From Pseudomonadota bacterium (lineage in GTDB: Bacteria > Pseudomonadota > Alphaproteobacteria > Rhodobacterales > Rhodobacteraceae): 64,000 nucleotides of DNA. The stretch is from contig JBCBOD010000006.1 of assembly GCA_039821425.1 (NCBI GenBank), positions 302 to 64,301 of the forward strand. The letters run 5' to 3'. How positions within the stretch are numbered: position 1 is the stretch's first letter; every line of letters begins with the position of its first letter. The notes below the pieces were generated by a model. That model had not been told where the DNA came from, ran no database searches, and saw only the letters and a program-made list of their open reading frames with translations. The position numbers and the translations under genes are program-made. Shown piece after piece: positions 18,873-28,176 of this stretch.

Positions 18873-20137
18873 GACAACTCCATCAGGTGATCAAGCTCGG
18901 CATAGTCCGGCAAGGTACGGTCGATTTGCACGCCATCACGGATGACGACGCGATCGGTTTGCGGGCGGGCGAAAAGCTCTGTCCAGTTGCGCGCATTGCA
19001 GATGACAAGATCGGCAGGCGCGCCCGGCGCGAGGCTGGGCGCGGCAAACCCGCAGGCGGCAGCGGGGTGTTGCAGGTAACTCTGCGTCCAGTCCACGACG
19101 GAATGGTCAAGATGGCCGATGCGCGTGGCCTCGCGCATCACTTCCAGCATGTCCATGTCGCCATATGCATAGAAAGGATCGCGCGTGTTGTCGGAGGCAA
19201 AGCTGACCGGGATCCCCCGCGCCGCCATTTCGTGCACCAGCGTGATGCCACGGTTGCGCGGTGTCCGTGCGGCATGCCGGTCTTGCAGGTACATGTTGCA
19301 CATGGGCAAGCTGACCACATGCAGCCCTGCGCGCGCCACGACGTCAAGCGTGTGGAGCGCCTCGGTTTCGTCCATGACGGACAAGGAACAGAGGTGGCCG
19401 ACGACGACGGGCTGGTCGAAACCGCGATCGATGACCGTTTGGGCAATGTCGCGCAGCGTGTTGACGGTTGGGTCCATCGTTTCGTCGACATGGAAGTCGG
19501 CAGCGAGCCCGCGCGCCTCGGCGGCCGCAAAGAACGCATCGAGTTGAGCCTGCAGATCGGGGTTCGGGTAGGTGACAAGCCCCAGAACACCCCCTGCCCC
19601 GGCAACCAAATCAGCTGTCGTCTGAAATTCGTCCGTCAGCGCGTAGTCACAGGAACTCAGGCTGGCGGCTTGTAGTTCCACCTTGCCCGCCCACTCGGCG
19701 CGGACCTTGGGGAAAACGCCCCAGCTGATCGCGTCCTGGGGCGCGTGGCTATCAAGATGCGTGCGGATCGCCCGGGTGCCATGGGCATAGGCGCAGCGCA
19801 GAGAGAATTCCATGCGGGCACGCACGTCATCGGCAGACCAATTTGCCTGGGCGTCGGCGCGCACTGCGCCCAGCGCCCCCTCAAAACTGCCGTCTGGATT
19901 GGCCGAGCGCGGCCAGATATGCCCCTTGTCCAGATGCGTGTGCATGTCGATGAACGCGGGAAAAGCGAGCGCACCGCCCATGTCAATTTCAGCCGTGCCA
20001 GACGCGCCTTCGACGATCTTGCCGTCAGCGATGGTCAGTGCGGTGGTCACCAGCCCATGTCCACCGTCGAGACAGGCAGCAGGCACGCGCAGGTTTGTCA
20101 GCCAGAGAGGCCCGGCAGGTATTGCAGGAAGGGGCAT
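18869..20137 (-). CDS. cytosine-deaminase-like amidohydrolase (substrate unknown)
   Basis: FIDMHTHLDKGHIWPR metal-binding HxH motif, later HVDE and SDN motifs, as in the CodA/AtzC/creatinine-deaminase subgroup. ATGA overlap with the FAD oxidase gene. Confidence 0.78.
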   Translation of the reverse strand: MPLPAIPAGPLWLTNLRVPAACLDGGHGLVTTALTIADGKIVEGASGTAEIDMGGALAFPAFIDMHTHLDKGHIWPRSANPDGSFEGALGAVRADAQANWSADDVRARMEFSLRCAYAHGTRAIRTHLDSHAPQDAISWGVFPKVRAEWAGKVELQAASLSSCDYALTDEFQTTADLVAGAGGVLGLVTYPNPDLQAQLDAFFAAAEARGLAADFHVDETMDPTVNTLRDIAQTVIDRGFDQPVVVGHLCSLSVMDETEALHTLDVVARAGLHVVSLPMCNMYLQDRHAARTPRNRGITLVHEMAARGIPVSFASDNTRDPFYAYGDMDMLEVMREATRIGHLDHSVVDWTQSYLQHPAAACGFAAPSLAPGAPADLVICNARNWTELFARPQTDRVVIRDGVQIDRTLPDYAELDHLMELS

Positions 20138-20140
20138 GCG

Positions 20141-21016
20141 TTATTCCCGTTTCAGCGCGGATTCGTGCCATTTCCGCAGCGCCAGATGGGCGATCAGCGA
20201 GGTTGTGGCATAGATAATCACGCCGGTGATAGCGATCAGGATCAGCGCGGCGAACATGCGCGGGATCTGCAGGCGATACCCGGCCTCAAGAATGCGGAAG
20301 GCAAGGCCTGAACCAATACCGCCGGTACCGGCGACATACTCCGCCACGACCGCTCCGATCAGTGCCAGACCGCCGGCAATTTTCAAACCGCCCAGGAAAT
20401 AAGGTAGCGCGGATGGCAGTTGCAAGTGCACCAACCTTTGCCACCGGTTCGCACGGTAGATCGTGAAAAGGTCGCGCAGGTTGTGATCTGCCGATTTCAG
20501 GCCCAACGTCGTGTTCGCGAGGATTGGGAAAAAGGCCACGATCCACGCACAAAGCAGCAGACCGACCAGCCGGCTTTCAACATAGATGAAGATCAGCGGT
20601 GCAATCGAGACAATCGGCGTCACTTGCAGGATCACGGCAAATGGCGAGAATGACATCTCGGCAAAGCGCGACAGCGAGAAGAGCACCGCAAGCCCGACGC
20701 CGCCGACCACAGCCACCAGCAACGCAAGCCCGGTGATCTGCAATGTCACCATCAGCGACGTCGACAGGGTGCCCCAATCTTCGATCAGCGTGGAGAGGAC
20801 AAGGCCAGGGCGCGGAAGGATATAGTGCTCAATCTCATTCCAGACGACCAACCGGTCCCAAAGCCAGATAGCCAACCCCATCACGGTGATCGGGATCACG
20901 TACTTCGCGATCTCTTCGGTGCGCTTGCGCCGCGCGCGCCGTTCTTCGTCGGCGTCAAACATCGGGCCGCTATCATGGGCCAGCTCCTTGGTCTCGGCCT
21001 CACTGCTGATGGTCAT
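20141..21016 (-). CDS. ABC transporter permease (NitT/TauT type)
   Basis: Six-pass permease with a cytoplasmic N-terminus. Sits between the ATPase and amidohydrolase genes. Confidence 0.8.
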   Translation of the reverse strand: MTISSEAETKELAHDSGPMFDADEERRARRKRTEEIAKYVIPITVMGLAIWLWDRLVVWNEIEHYILPRPGLVLSTLIEDWGTLSTSLMVTLQITGLALLVAVVGGVGLAVLFSLSRFAEMSFSPFAVILQVTPIVSIAPLIFIYVESRLVGLLLCAWIVAFFPILANTTLGLKSADHNLRDLFTIYRANRWQRLVHLQLPSALPYFLGGLKIAGGLALIGAVVAEYVAGTGGIGSGLAFRILEAGYRLQIPRMFAALILIAITGVIIYATTSLIAHLALRKWHESALKRE

Positions 21017-21804
21017 GCGACAAGCCCTCCGGCTGGGTGATGCGCGCCGTTGAGCGCGTCAGATGTTTCCCGTGCGACCTCGCCATACTTGGCCGATGTG
21101 CGCCATTCGAGACCACGCGGATAAGGCGCAGTGACCTCAATCTCGGAAATCACGCGGCCCGGGCGGGCGGCCATCACAAGGATGCGGTCCGACAGGAACA
21201 CGCTTTCAAAGACGGAATGGGTGACGAAGATGACTGTAGCGCCGGTGCTGGCCTTCAAAGCCAAAAGGTCATCGTTCAACTTCTGGCGCGTGATCTCATC
21301 CAGGGCCGCGAAAGGCTCATCCATCAGGATCAGCCTTGGGTTCGTAGCAATTGCACGCGCGATAGAGACGCGCATCTTCATGCCGCCCGACAATTCGCGT
21401 GGATAGCTTTCCGCGAAGTTTTCCAACCCGACAAGCGCCAGCACTTCGTGAATCCGGTCGCGCACCGACCGCAGGTTTTGACCGCGCAGCCGGAACGGGA
21501 GGTAAACATTCTTTTCAACCGTGGCCCAGGGCATCAGCGTGGGTTCCTGGAACACCACGCCGATATCGCCCGCACCTTGCCCGTCAGCCCACTCAATCCG
21601 CCCCAAGGTGGGCGGCATCAAACCAGCGATCAGACGCAGGGCCGTGGACTTGCCGCAGCCGGAGGGGCCAAGCAGAGAGATGAAATCCCCCTGATTGACC
21701 TGTAGTGACATGCGGCGCAGCGCCACAACCTGCCCGCCAAAGGTCTTGTCGACCTCGCGCATGTGCAGGATGGACGTGCGCTCTCCTAATGGGGCAACAG
21801 TCAT
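21013..21804 (-). CDS. ABC transporter ATP-binding protein (NitT/TauT type)
   Basis: Walker A GPSGCGKST, signature LSGGMKMR, Walker B ILMDEP. Confidence 0.85.
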   Translation of the reverse strand: MTVAPLGERTSILHMREVDKTFGGQVVALRRMSLQVNQGDFISLLGPSGCGKSTALRLIAGLMPPTLGRIEWADGQGAGDIGVVFQEPTLMPWATVEKNVYLPFRLRGQNLRSVRDRIHEVLALVGLENFAESYPRELSGGMKMRVSIARAIATNPRLILMDEPFAALDEITRQKLNDDLLALKASTGATVIFVTHSVFESVFLSDRILVMAARPGRVISEIEVTAPYPRGLEWRTSAKYGEVARETSDALNGAHHPAGGLVA

Positions 21805-21813
21805 GGTGCGAGC

Positions 21814-22818
21814 TTACTCTGGACGCAGCTCCAGCCCTAGCCCTTGATTGATGAAGGTCAGATCATAGGCCTTCGTGAACTCCAGGCCTTCTGGCAGAAC
21901 ACCCGCCTCGACCATGTTATTGTAGAACGCCTCTGACCGCTCGTCGGTCATCGCACCAACGCCGAGTGTCAGCGTATCACCACTGTCCACGATGCCGTTT
22001 TCAATCATCGCTTCGATGGCAAAGTCGATCTTGTCCTGCGTCATATCGGGGTTGTCCGACAGGATCAGTTCGTCAGCTGCAGAGTTGTCGCCATAGATGT
22101 AATTGTACCAGCCCAGGATTGACCCTTCGACAAAGCACTTCACCACCTCTGGGTTCTCATCCAGCATCTCCTGCTTGGTCTGGATTGTGGTCGAATAGGC
22201 GTTATAGCCCGCATCAGCGATCAGCCAGACATCCACCTCGATCCCCGTCTCCTGGAGGATGGCGTATGGCTCTGATGACAGGTATCCTTGCTGCGCGCTT
22301 TCCTCATTGGCGAGGAAGGGCGCAGAATTGAAGGTGTAGGGCTGGCGCACTTCATCGGTAAAGCTGTAGGCGGCCTTCATCCATTCGTAGTACGTGGCGG
22401 CATCCTGCACGATCATGGTCAGGCCTGCCTCTTGCATGCCCTCAAAGCTGTCGACCTTGCCGGGGTGTGTCATCAGGACCTGCGGGTCCTTCTGGAACGA
22501 CGACATCACGTTGACGATTGGCAGACCTTCCTCGACAGCAAAATAAGCGTCCAGATGACCGCCCATGTAAAAATCAATCCGGCCTGCCAGCATCAGGGCC
22601 TGATTGTTCACCTGCGGGCCGCCCGGGACGATCGTCACATCCAGCCCGCACTCGGCATAGGTGCCATCGGCGACGGATTGGTAAAAACCACCGTGCTCGG
22701 CCTGGGCGACCCAGTTGGTGCCAAATGAAACCGGAATGAGGTCCTGTGCAGACGCTTGTGTTGCGAGCCCGATCGCCATGGTCGAAGCAGCGCAGATTTT
22801 TGTGACGCGATGTGTCAT
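21814..22818 (-). CDS. NMT1/THI5(ThiY)-like ABC substrate-binding protein
   Basis: ORF 21814..22950. The internal ATG at 22818 has GAGGAA upstream and gives the signal MTHRVTKICAASTMAIGLATQASA. FGTNWVAQAEHGGFY motif. Confidence 0.72.
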   Translation of the reverse strand: MTHRVTKICAASTMAIGLATQASAQDLIPVSFGTNWVAQAEHGGFYQSVADGTYAECGLDVTIVPGGPQVNNQALMLAGRIDFYMGGHLDAYFAVEEGLPIVNVMSSFQKDPQVLMTHPGKVDSFEGMQEAGLTMIVQDAATYYEWMKAAYSFTDEVRQPYTFNSAPFLANEESAQQGYLSSEPYAILQETGIEVDVWLIADAGYNAYSTTIQTKQEMLDENPEVVKCFVEGSILGWYNYIYGDNSAADELILSDNPDMTQDKIDFAIEAMIENGIVDSGDTLTLGVGAMTDERSEAFYNNMVEAGVLPEGLEFTKAYDLTFINQGLGLELRPE

Positions 22819-23039
22819 GATATTCCTCTGGTGATGATGTCCCATCACAAAACGGTTGACGTAAGGGTACAAGCGCCCGCCGATCACGGTTGGCCTGAAC
22901 GTGTCAGACGCATAATGTGTAAGCGCAGCCACCAGGCATTTGCTCAACAAATGTGCAGATGCACGTTAGCCTCCGTTAACACCTGCGTTTGACACGCAGG
23001 CAACTCGCCCACGCACAACAGACAGGACAGAGACACTGC

Positions 23040-23441
23040 ATGACGCTGACATCCCTAAACCCCCCGTCCATCGCCCCGCCGTTTGGTCGCTACGCGCACG
23101 GCATTGCTGTTCCGGCTGATTGGCGGATTGCAGTAACTTCTGGCCAATTGCCCTTGGCAAAGGACGGTTCGGTGCCTGTTGGGGCGCTGGAACAGGCGCA
23201 GCTTTGCTTTGCAAACTGTGCGGCGATACTGGCAGAGGCAGACATGGGCCCAGCCGACGTGATCCGCATCGCGGCCTTCGTGACCAACCGCGCGCATATG
23301 GCCGACTACATGGCGGCCCGTGATGCATGGCTTGGTGACCGCGTCGTCCTGCCGGCTTCCACCCTTGTGATCGTGTCTGGCTTCACCCGGCCCGAGTTTC
23401 TGGTCGAGGTGGAAGTGACCGCCGCGAAACCGGCGGCCTGA
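23040..23441 (+). CDS. RidA/YjgF-family protein
   Basis: ORF 22989..23441. The internal ATG gives MTLTSLNPP.IAPPFGRYAHGI...SGQLP. C-terminal EVEV matches the RidA fold family. Confidence 0.75.
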   Translation: MTLTSLNPPSIAPPFGRYAHGIAVPADWRIAVTSGQLPLAKDGSVPVGALEQAQLCFANCAAILAEADMGPADVIRIAAFVTNRAHMADYMAARDAWLGDRVVLPASTLVIVSGFTRPEFLVEVEVTAAKPAA

Positions 23442-23446
23442 TCGGC

Positions 23447-23926
23447 CTATTGTCCGACGCTGAAAACAGTGATTTCCGGCAGGCTGGTCAATGGTGCCTC
23501 GATCAAACGCATCGCCGCCAGGCTGATCTGGCTGCCAGAGCCCGTCGCCCCGCCAGAGGGACGCAGTTCCACATTGATCGACTTGCCCTGATAAGTGATC
23601 CGCCCCGGTGAAAGGACCGTGACCAGTGGCGTTTCAAGCCAGATGCCCGGATCCGCAGGCGGGCCCAGTGAAGCAATGGTCGTGCCAAGCGCCTGATCGC
23701 CGCCAGACGGTTCTGTCACCACGGCCGCAACACGATCCTCTTCGGTTGTCGTGTCGAACTGCTCGGCCGTCACAGCCGTTACGGGCGGTGGCGGCGGTGG
23801 CGTTGGATCAAGCGTAGGCGACGGCACCGCAACAGCCGGTGTCGGGGCGGTGCCAAAGAGCCCTTGGAAGGACAGCGTTGTGCACCCTGCCAGCAAAAGG
23901 ACAGGAACAATCAAAATCAGTCTCAT
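23447..23926 (-). CDS. hypothetical lipoprotein with Pro-rich linker
   Basis: MRLILIVPVLLLAGC lipobox, then a PTPPPPPP linker. No recognisable domain. Confidence 0.6.
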   Translation of the reverse strand: MRLILIVPVLLLAGCTTLSFQGLFGTAPTPAVAVPSPTLDPTPPPPPPVTAVTAEQFDTTTEEDRVAAVVTEPSGGDQALGTTIASLGPPADPGIWLETPLVTVLSPGRITYQGKSINVELRPSGGATGSGSQISLAAMRLIEAPLTSLPEITVFSVGQ

Positions 23927-24011
23927 AGACTGACCATAGGCCGAGCCGAATCCGCCCGCAACATCCCTCTCATCCCTTGCGCGCGCACCCGCCCGCGCTT
24001 AGGTTCCGCCC

Positions 24012-25016
24012 ATGCAGACGCCGCTGATAGATCCCTTTGCGCGCGCCATCGAATACCTGCGGGTTTCGGTGACGGACCGGTGCGATTTCCGCTGTGTCTA
24101 CTGCATGTCCGAAAACATGACCTTCCTGCCGAAGAAAGAGCTTCTGACGCTGGAAGAACTGGACCGGCTCTGTTCCGCCTTCGTCCGGCTTGGGGTGCGC
24201 AAGCTGCGCATCACCGGGGGGGAGCCGCTGGTGCGCCGCGACATCATTACGTTTTTCAACGGGATGACCCGGCATCTGGAAAGCGGCGCGCTGAAGGAAC
24301 TGACCATCACCAGCAATGGCAGCCAGTTGGAGCGTTTTGCGGATGATCTCTATGCGGCCGGTGTGCGCCGCATCAACATCTCGCTCGATACACTGGACGA
24401 GGCGAAGTTCGCCGAAATCACCCGCTGGGGCCGCCTGCCTCAGGTCCTGCGCGGGATTGATGCAGCACAACGCGCCGGGATGCGGGTCAAGATCAATACC
24501 GTCGCGCTGAAGGGCTTCAACGAGGATGAGCTTTTTGATCTCACAACATGGTGCGCCAACCGCGACATAGACCTGACGTTTATCGAGGTCATGCCGATGG
24601 GCGATCTGGGGAACGAGGACCGGCTGGGGCAGTATTGGTCACTCAGGGACCTTCGCAGCACGTTGGCGTCAGAGTATACGTTGACGGATTTGACAGAGCG
24701 CACCGGTGGCCCGGCCCGCTACGTTCAAGTGAACGAGACTGGCCAGAAGATCGGCTTCATCACGCCCCTCAGCCACAATTTCTGCGAAAGCTGCAACCGC
24801 GTTCGGATCACATGCACGGGCCAGATCTATACCTGCCTTGGTCAGGAAGGGCACAGCGACCTGCGCGCGCCATTGCGCGCATCAGAGGCGGACGAGGTTC
24901 TGGAGGACGCCATTCGTGCCGCCATCGCGCTGAAGCCCAAGGGGCATGACTTTGACTATTCGCGCCAGCAGGTCGATGGGCAGGTCAGTCGACATATGTC
25001 GCATACGGGGGGTTAA
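24012..25016 (+). CDS. moaA: GTP 3',8-cyclase (molybdenum cofactor biosynthesis A)
   Basis: Radical-SAM [16 protein letters not shown], and a C-terminal CxxCNRxRxTxxG cluster ([13 protein letters not shown]). Confidence 0.93.
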   Translation: MQTPLIDPFARAIEYLRVSVTDRCDFRCVYCMSENMTFLPKKELLTLEELDRLCSAFVRLGVRKLRITGGEPLVRRDIITFFNGMTRHLESGALKELTITSNGSQLERFADDLYAAGVRRINISLDTLDEAKFAEITRWGRLPQVLRGIDAAQRAGMRVKINTVALKGFNEDELFDLTTWCANRDIDLTFIEVMPMGDLGNEDRLGQYWSLRDLRSTLASEYTLTDLTERTGGPARYVQVNETGQKIGFITPLSHNFCESCNRVRITCTGQIYTCLGQEGHSDLRAPLRASEADEVLEDAIRAAIALKPKGHDFDYSRQQVDGQVSRHMSHTGG

Positions 25017-25057
25017 GCCAGTCGGAAGATTGGGTAGCCCTTGGGCGGTGTGGGATC

Positions 25058-25579
25058 CTAGCCCATGACAATGTACACTTTGTTGAACGGGTCTATCTTG
25101 GACTTCGGGTATTCACCGCTCAGCCATTCTTGAACATTCGTTCGATACAGCCAAGGTTCGGCGGTAGCTACGACAAGAATATCCACCGATATACTCTGAT
25201 TTATGAGGCGCTCGGCCTTTTTATCTATCAGTTCGTTGAGATGTTCGAGAAACTTGGCCTTGTTCCATTGCGCGTCAACAAACCCCTCCCCATGATACGC
25301 ATTGTAGTTTATTCGGATACGACGGTGCATCGCTACCTTCTTAAGGAACGGGCCGTTAACAAACTCTGTAAGTTCGACAGAACTCCAATGATCGTCAATC
25401 CTTACTTCAAAGTCCGGAGGGTCTTTGGCAACAGCGCGATGTTCAGCGACATCAACTTCAAAGCTCTCACGCATGCCATCCATCCAGCAGCTTAACTGGA
25501 GATACTCAGAGCTTTGTTTGTCGTCAGGCGTTTTATCAGTAAACAAGCCTGATACACCTCGTGAATTGACCCGAACCAT
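25058..25579 (-). CDS. orphan hypothetical protein encoded in an AT-rich island
   Basis: Long ORF (track 25058..25645, GTG start overlapping the upstream gene). The ATG at 25579 avoids the overlap. The DNA is visibly much more AT-rich than everything around it. I recognise no domain. Confidence 0.55.
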   Translation of the reverse strand: MVRVNSRGVSGLFTDKTPDDKQSSEYLQLSCWMDGMRESFEVDVAEHRAVAKDPPDFEVRIDDHWSSVELTEFVNGPFLKKVAMHRRIRINYNAYHGEGFVDAQWNKAKFLEHLNELIDKKAERLINQSISVDILVVATAEPWLYRTNVQEWLSGEYPKSKIDPFNKVYIVMG

Positions 25580-25605
25580 CCATGCATTGACATCAAACTC
25601 CTCGG

Positions 25606-26769
25606 TCACCCCGCAGGCATCCTCTGCTCCACGATCTCTGCCCACCAGCTACAGCCTGCGGGGATCGCTTCGTCGTTGAAGTTGTATTCCGGGTGGTGCA
25701 CCATCGCGGTGTCGCCGTTGCCCACAAGGATGTAGGCACCGGGCCGTTCTTCCAGCATAAACGCGAAGTCTTCGCCGCCCATGACCAGTGGCGCATCCTC
25801 GCAGGCGCCCGAGACTGTCTTGGCCACATCAGCTGCAAAACTTGTCTGTTCGTCGCTGTTGACCATTACAGGATAGCCGCGGAGGTAATCCACTTGCGCC
25901 GTGGCCCCGAATGCACCTGCCGTGCCTTCGCAAATCGCCGTAAGACGCTCCTCTGCCAGATCTCGCATGGCCTTCGACATGGTCCGCACCGTGCCTTTCA
26001 GATGCACCCGCTGCGCGATCACGTTGAAAGCCTTGGAAGAGCTTTCGATGGACGTCACCGACACCACGATCTGATCGACCGGGTCGGCGTTGCGGCTGGC
26101 AATGGATTGCAGCGCGGTGACGACATGGGCGGCCACCAGAGTGCTGTCCACCGTCTCTTGCGGTTTGGCTGCGTGCCCGCCCTTGCCTTCGATGGTGATG
26201 TCGAACTGGTCGGTGGCGGCGAAGAAGGCACCCGGCCGGATGGCAAAGCTGCCCACCGGGCGGCCCGGCCAGTTGTGCATGCCGTAGACCTCTTGAATGC
26301 CCCAGCGGTCCATCATCCCATCATCACACATTTCCTTGCCGCCGCCGCCGCCTTCCTCAGCGGGCTGGAAGATCACCACGACCGTGCCGTCGAAGTTGCG
26401 TGTCTCAGACAAGTACTTTGCCGCGCCGAGCAGCATCGCCGTGTGCCCGTCATGCCCGCAGGCGTGCATCGCGCCATCAAATTTTGACTTGTAAGGTACG
26501 TCTGTCTGTTCGTGGATCGGCAGCGCGTCCATATCTGCGCGCAGTCCAATCACCTTGCCGGACGTGTTGGTCTTACCCTTGATCACGCCAATCACACCGG
26601 TGCGCCCGATGCCGGTCACCACCTCATCACAACCGAATTCGCCCAACTTCTCGGCTACGATAGCTGATGTGCGATGTGTCTCGAACAGAATCTCAGGGTT
26701 TTCGTGCAGGTCCTGACGCCAGGCGGCGATTTCGGGAAGAAGTTCGGCGAAACGGTTTTTGACGGGCAT
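25606..26769 (-). CDS. M20D-family amidohydrolase (hippurate hydrolase / N-acyl-amino-acid amidohydrolase type)
   Basis: LHENPE...DALP..E...HACGHDGH...QPAEE motifs. Confidence 0.82.
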   Translation of the reverse strand: MPVKNRFAELLPEIAAWRQDLHENPEILFETHRTSAIVAEKLGEFGCDEVVTGIGRTGVIGVIKGKTNTSGKVIGLRADMDALPIHEQTDVPYKSKFDGAMHACGHDGHTAMLLGAAKYLSETRNFDGTVVVIFQPAEEGGGGGKEMCDDGMMDRWGIQEVYGMHNWPGRPVGSFAIRPGAFFAATDQFDITIEGKGGHAAKPQETVDSTLVAAHVVTALQSIASRNADPVDQIVVSVTSIESSSKAFNVIAQRVHLKGTVRTMSKAMRDLAEERLTAICEGTAGAFGATAQVDYLRGYPVMVNSDEQTSFAADVAKTVSGACEDAPLVMGGEDFAFMLEERPGAYILVGNGDTAMVHHPEYNFNDEAIPAGCSWWAEIVEQRMPAG

Positions 26770-26829
26770 TTGTGTCTCCGGTGAAGGTCGGTTTTCAGGG
26801 TAAGTTAGGGCGTCTTGATAAGATGTCTG

Positions 26830-28176
26830 CTACACGGTGGGGCCGAGCTCAATTTTTGATCCATCGCGGAAGCGGGACACGCGAAAGCGGGTGATGTCAT
26901 GGCCCGGGGCGTCGCCAGTCACCAGCTTCGCGGCAATACGCCCAAAGGCTGGGCCGATGCCAAAGCCGTGGCCGGACATGCCGGTGGCAATGGTCAGCCC
27001 GGGGATGGCGGGGGCCTGATCCACGATGGGGACCACATCAGGCATGGTGTCGATCATACCGGCCCAGACAGATTTGACCTCGACCTCGCCCAATGCCGGG
27101 AATGTTGCGCCGAAGCGCGCGGTCAGCGCGCGAACTTTGCCCATATGCGGGGCCGGGTTGAGCACGCGCATCGCCTCAAACGGGCTGACCTGATCCGCTG
27201 TCCAGCGCCGCGGCGTGCGCCAGCCATCGGGGAAGTTTTTGGGTGCGGTCAGACAAAACCGGGTACCAAATGGGTCATCCCAAAGCTGTTTTGCGAATTT
27301 CGGCAGGGCCCGGAACGCATCTGGCCCAATGAAGAGTTCATGAAAACCCGGCGATGCCAACGAATAACCCCCGTCCTGCCTGCGCCGGAACGCCAGATGA
27401 CTATCGCCCGCGCCCCCGTCAAAAATCTGCGGCAACGGGGCCGTGGCAGCGACGGTACAGCGCACTGAAAGCTGGGGGATATTGACGCCGTGCCGTCGCA
27501 GGAAGAGCGAAGACCAAGCGCCACCTGCAACCACAACAGCCGAGGTGGCAATGCGCCCCGCCTCTGTGATGACGCCACTGATCCGCCCCGCTGCGATGTC
27601 GAGGGTACGCACGGCACAGTTTTCGCGGATCACCACGCCGTCGCGCGCGGCCGCACGTGCCAGTGCCGGGATCGCAACCCAAGGTTCCGCCCGCATGTCG
27701 CTTGCGGTCCAGAGTGCCCCTTTCCAACGTGTTGTCGCCTCTGGAAACATCTGCGCGGTTTCGTCAGCGCTCAGCAACCGGCTATCCACCCCCGCAGCCT
27801 GCGCATGGGGCAGCCAGTCGGCGTAGCGGGCCATCGCTTTGTCGTCATTCGCCAGATAGGCAACGCCGGTCTGGCGCAGGCCAATATCCTCGCCAATCTC
27901 GGCGGCCATCTGCCGCCACATCGCGCCCGCCTCCACCATAATGGGCAGTTCGGCAGGGTCACGCCCCTGCGCACGGATCCAGCCCCAGTTGCGCGAGGAT
28001 TGTTCGGCAGCCACCCTGCCCTTTTCCAGCAGCACCACCTTGTGCCCGGCCTTGGCCAATTCCCACGCCGTCATCACACCGATCACCCCGGCGCCGATCA
28101 CCACGACATCAGCCGTGTCGGGCAAGGGTCCGGCGTGTTCGACGGGCTGATCCGCCGACAGCGGGAAAGGCATCAT
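26830..28176 (-). CDS. FAD-dependent oxidoreductase (DAO family)
   Basis: VVVIGAGVIGVMTAWELAKAGHKVVLLEKG dinucleotide-binding motif. 448 aa. ATGA overlap with the upstream gene. Confidence 0.8.
   Translation of the reverse strand: MMPFPLSADQPVEHAGPLPDTADVVVIGAGVIGVMTAWELAKAGHKVVLLEKGRVAAEQSSRNWGWIRAQGRDPAELPIMVEAGAMWRQMAAEIGEDIGLRQTGVAYLANDDKAMARYADWLPHAQAAGVDSRLLSADETAQMFPEATTRWKGALWTASDMRAEPWVAIPALARAAARDGVVIRENCAVRTLDIAAGRISGVITEAGRIATSAVVVAGGAWSSLFLRRHGVNIPQLSVRCTVAATAPLPQIFDGGAGDSHLAFRRRQDGGYSLASPGFHELFIGPDAFRALPKFAKQLWDDPFGTRFCLTAPKNFPDGWRTPRRWTADQVSPFEAMRVLNPAPHMGKVRALTARFGATFPALGEVEVKSVWAGMIDTMPDVVPIVDQAPAIPGLTIATGMSGHGFGIGPAFGRIAAKLVTGDAPGHDITRFRVSRFRDGSKIELGPTV

Noticed and set aside
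17859-18890. 343-aa plus-strand ORF
   Set aside because: It lies antisense to the FAD-linked oxidase gene and is a shadow frame.
22982-23000. Hairpin or promoter cctgcgt-ttgac-acgcagg containing TTGACA upstream of the RidA gene
   Set aside because: No acceptable -10 lies 17 nt downstream (cgcaca). The 7-bp stem alone is unremarkable in GC-rich DNA.
23927-24011. Possible Moco riboswitch upstream of moaA
   Set aside because: The spacer is only about 85 nt, shorter than the riboswitch as I remember it. I could not find its conserved stems or loops.
25058-25579. PD-(D/E)xK nuclease motif in the orphan protein (PPDFEV...VELTEF)
   Set aside because: The second element lacks the Lys (ELT rather than ExK). 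The spacing was judged only by eye, which is too weak to call.
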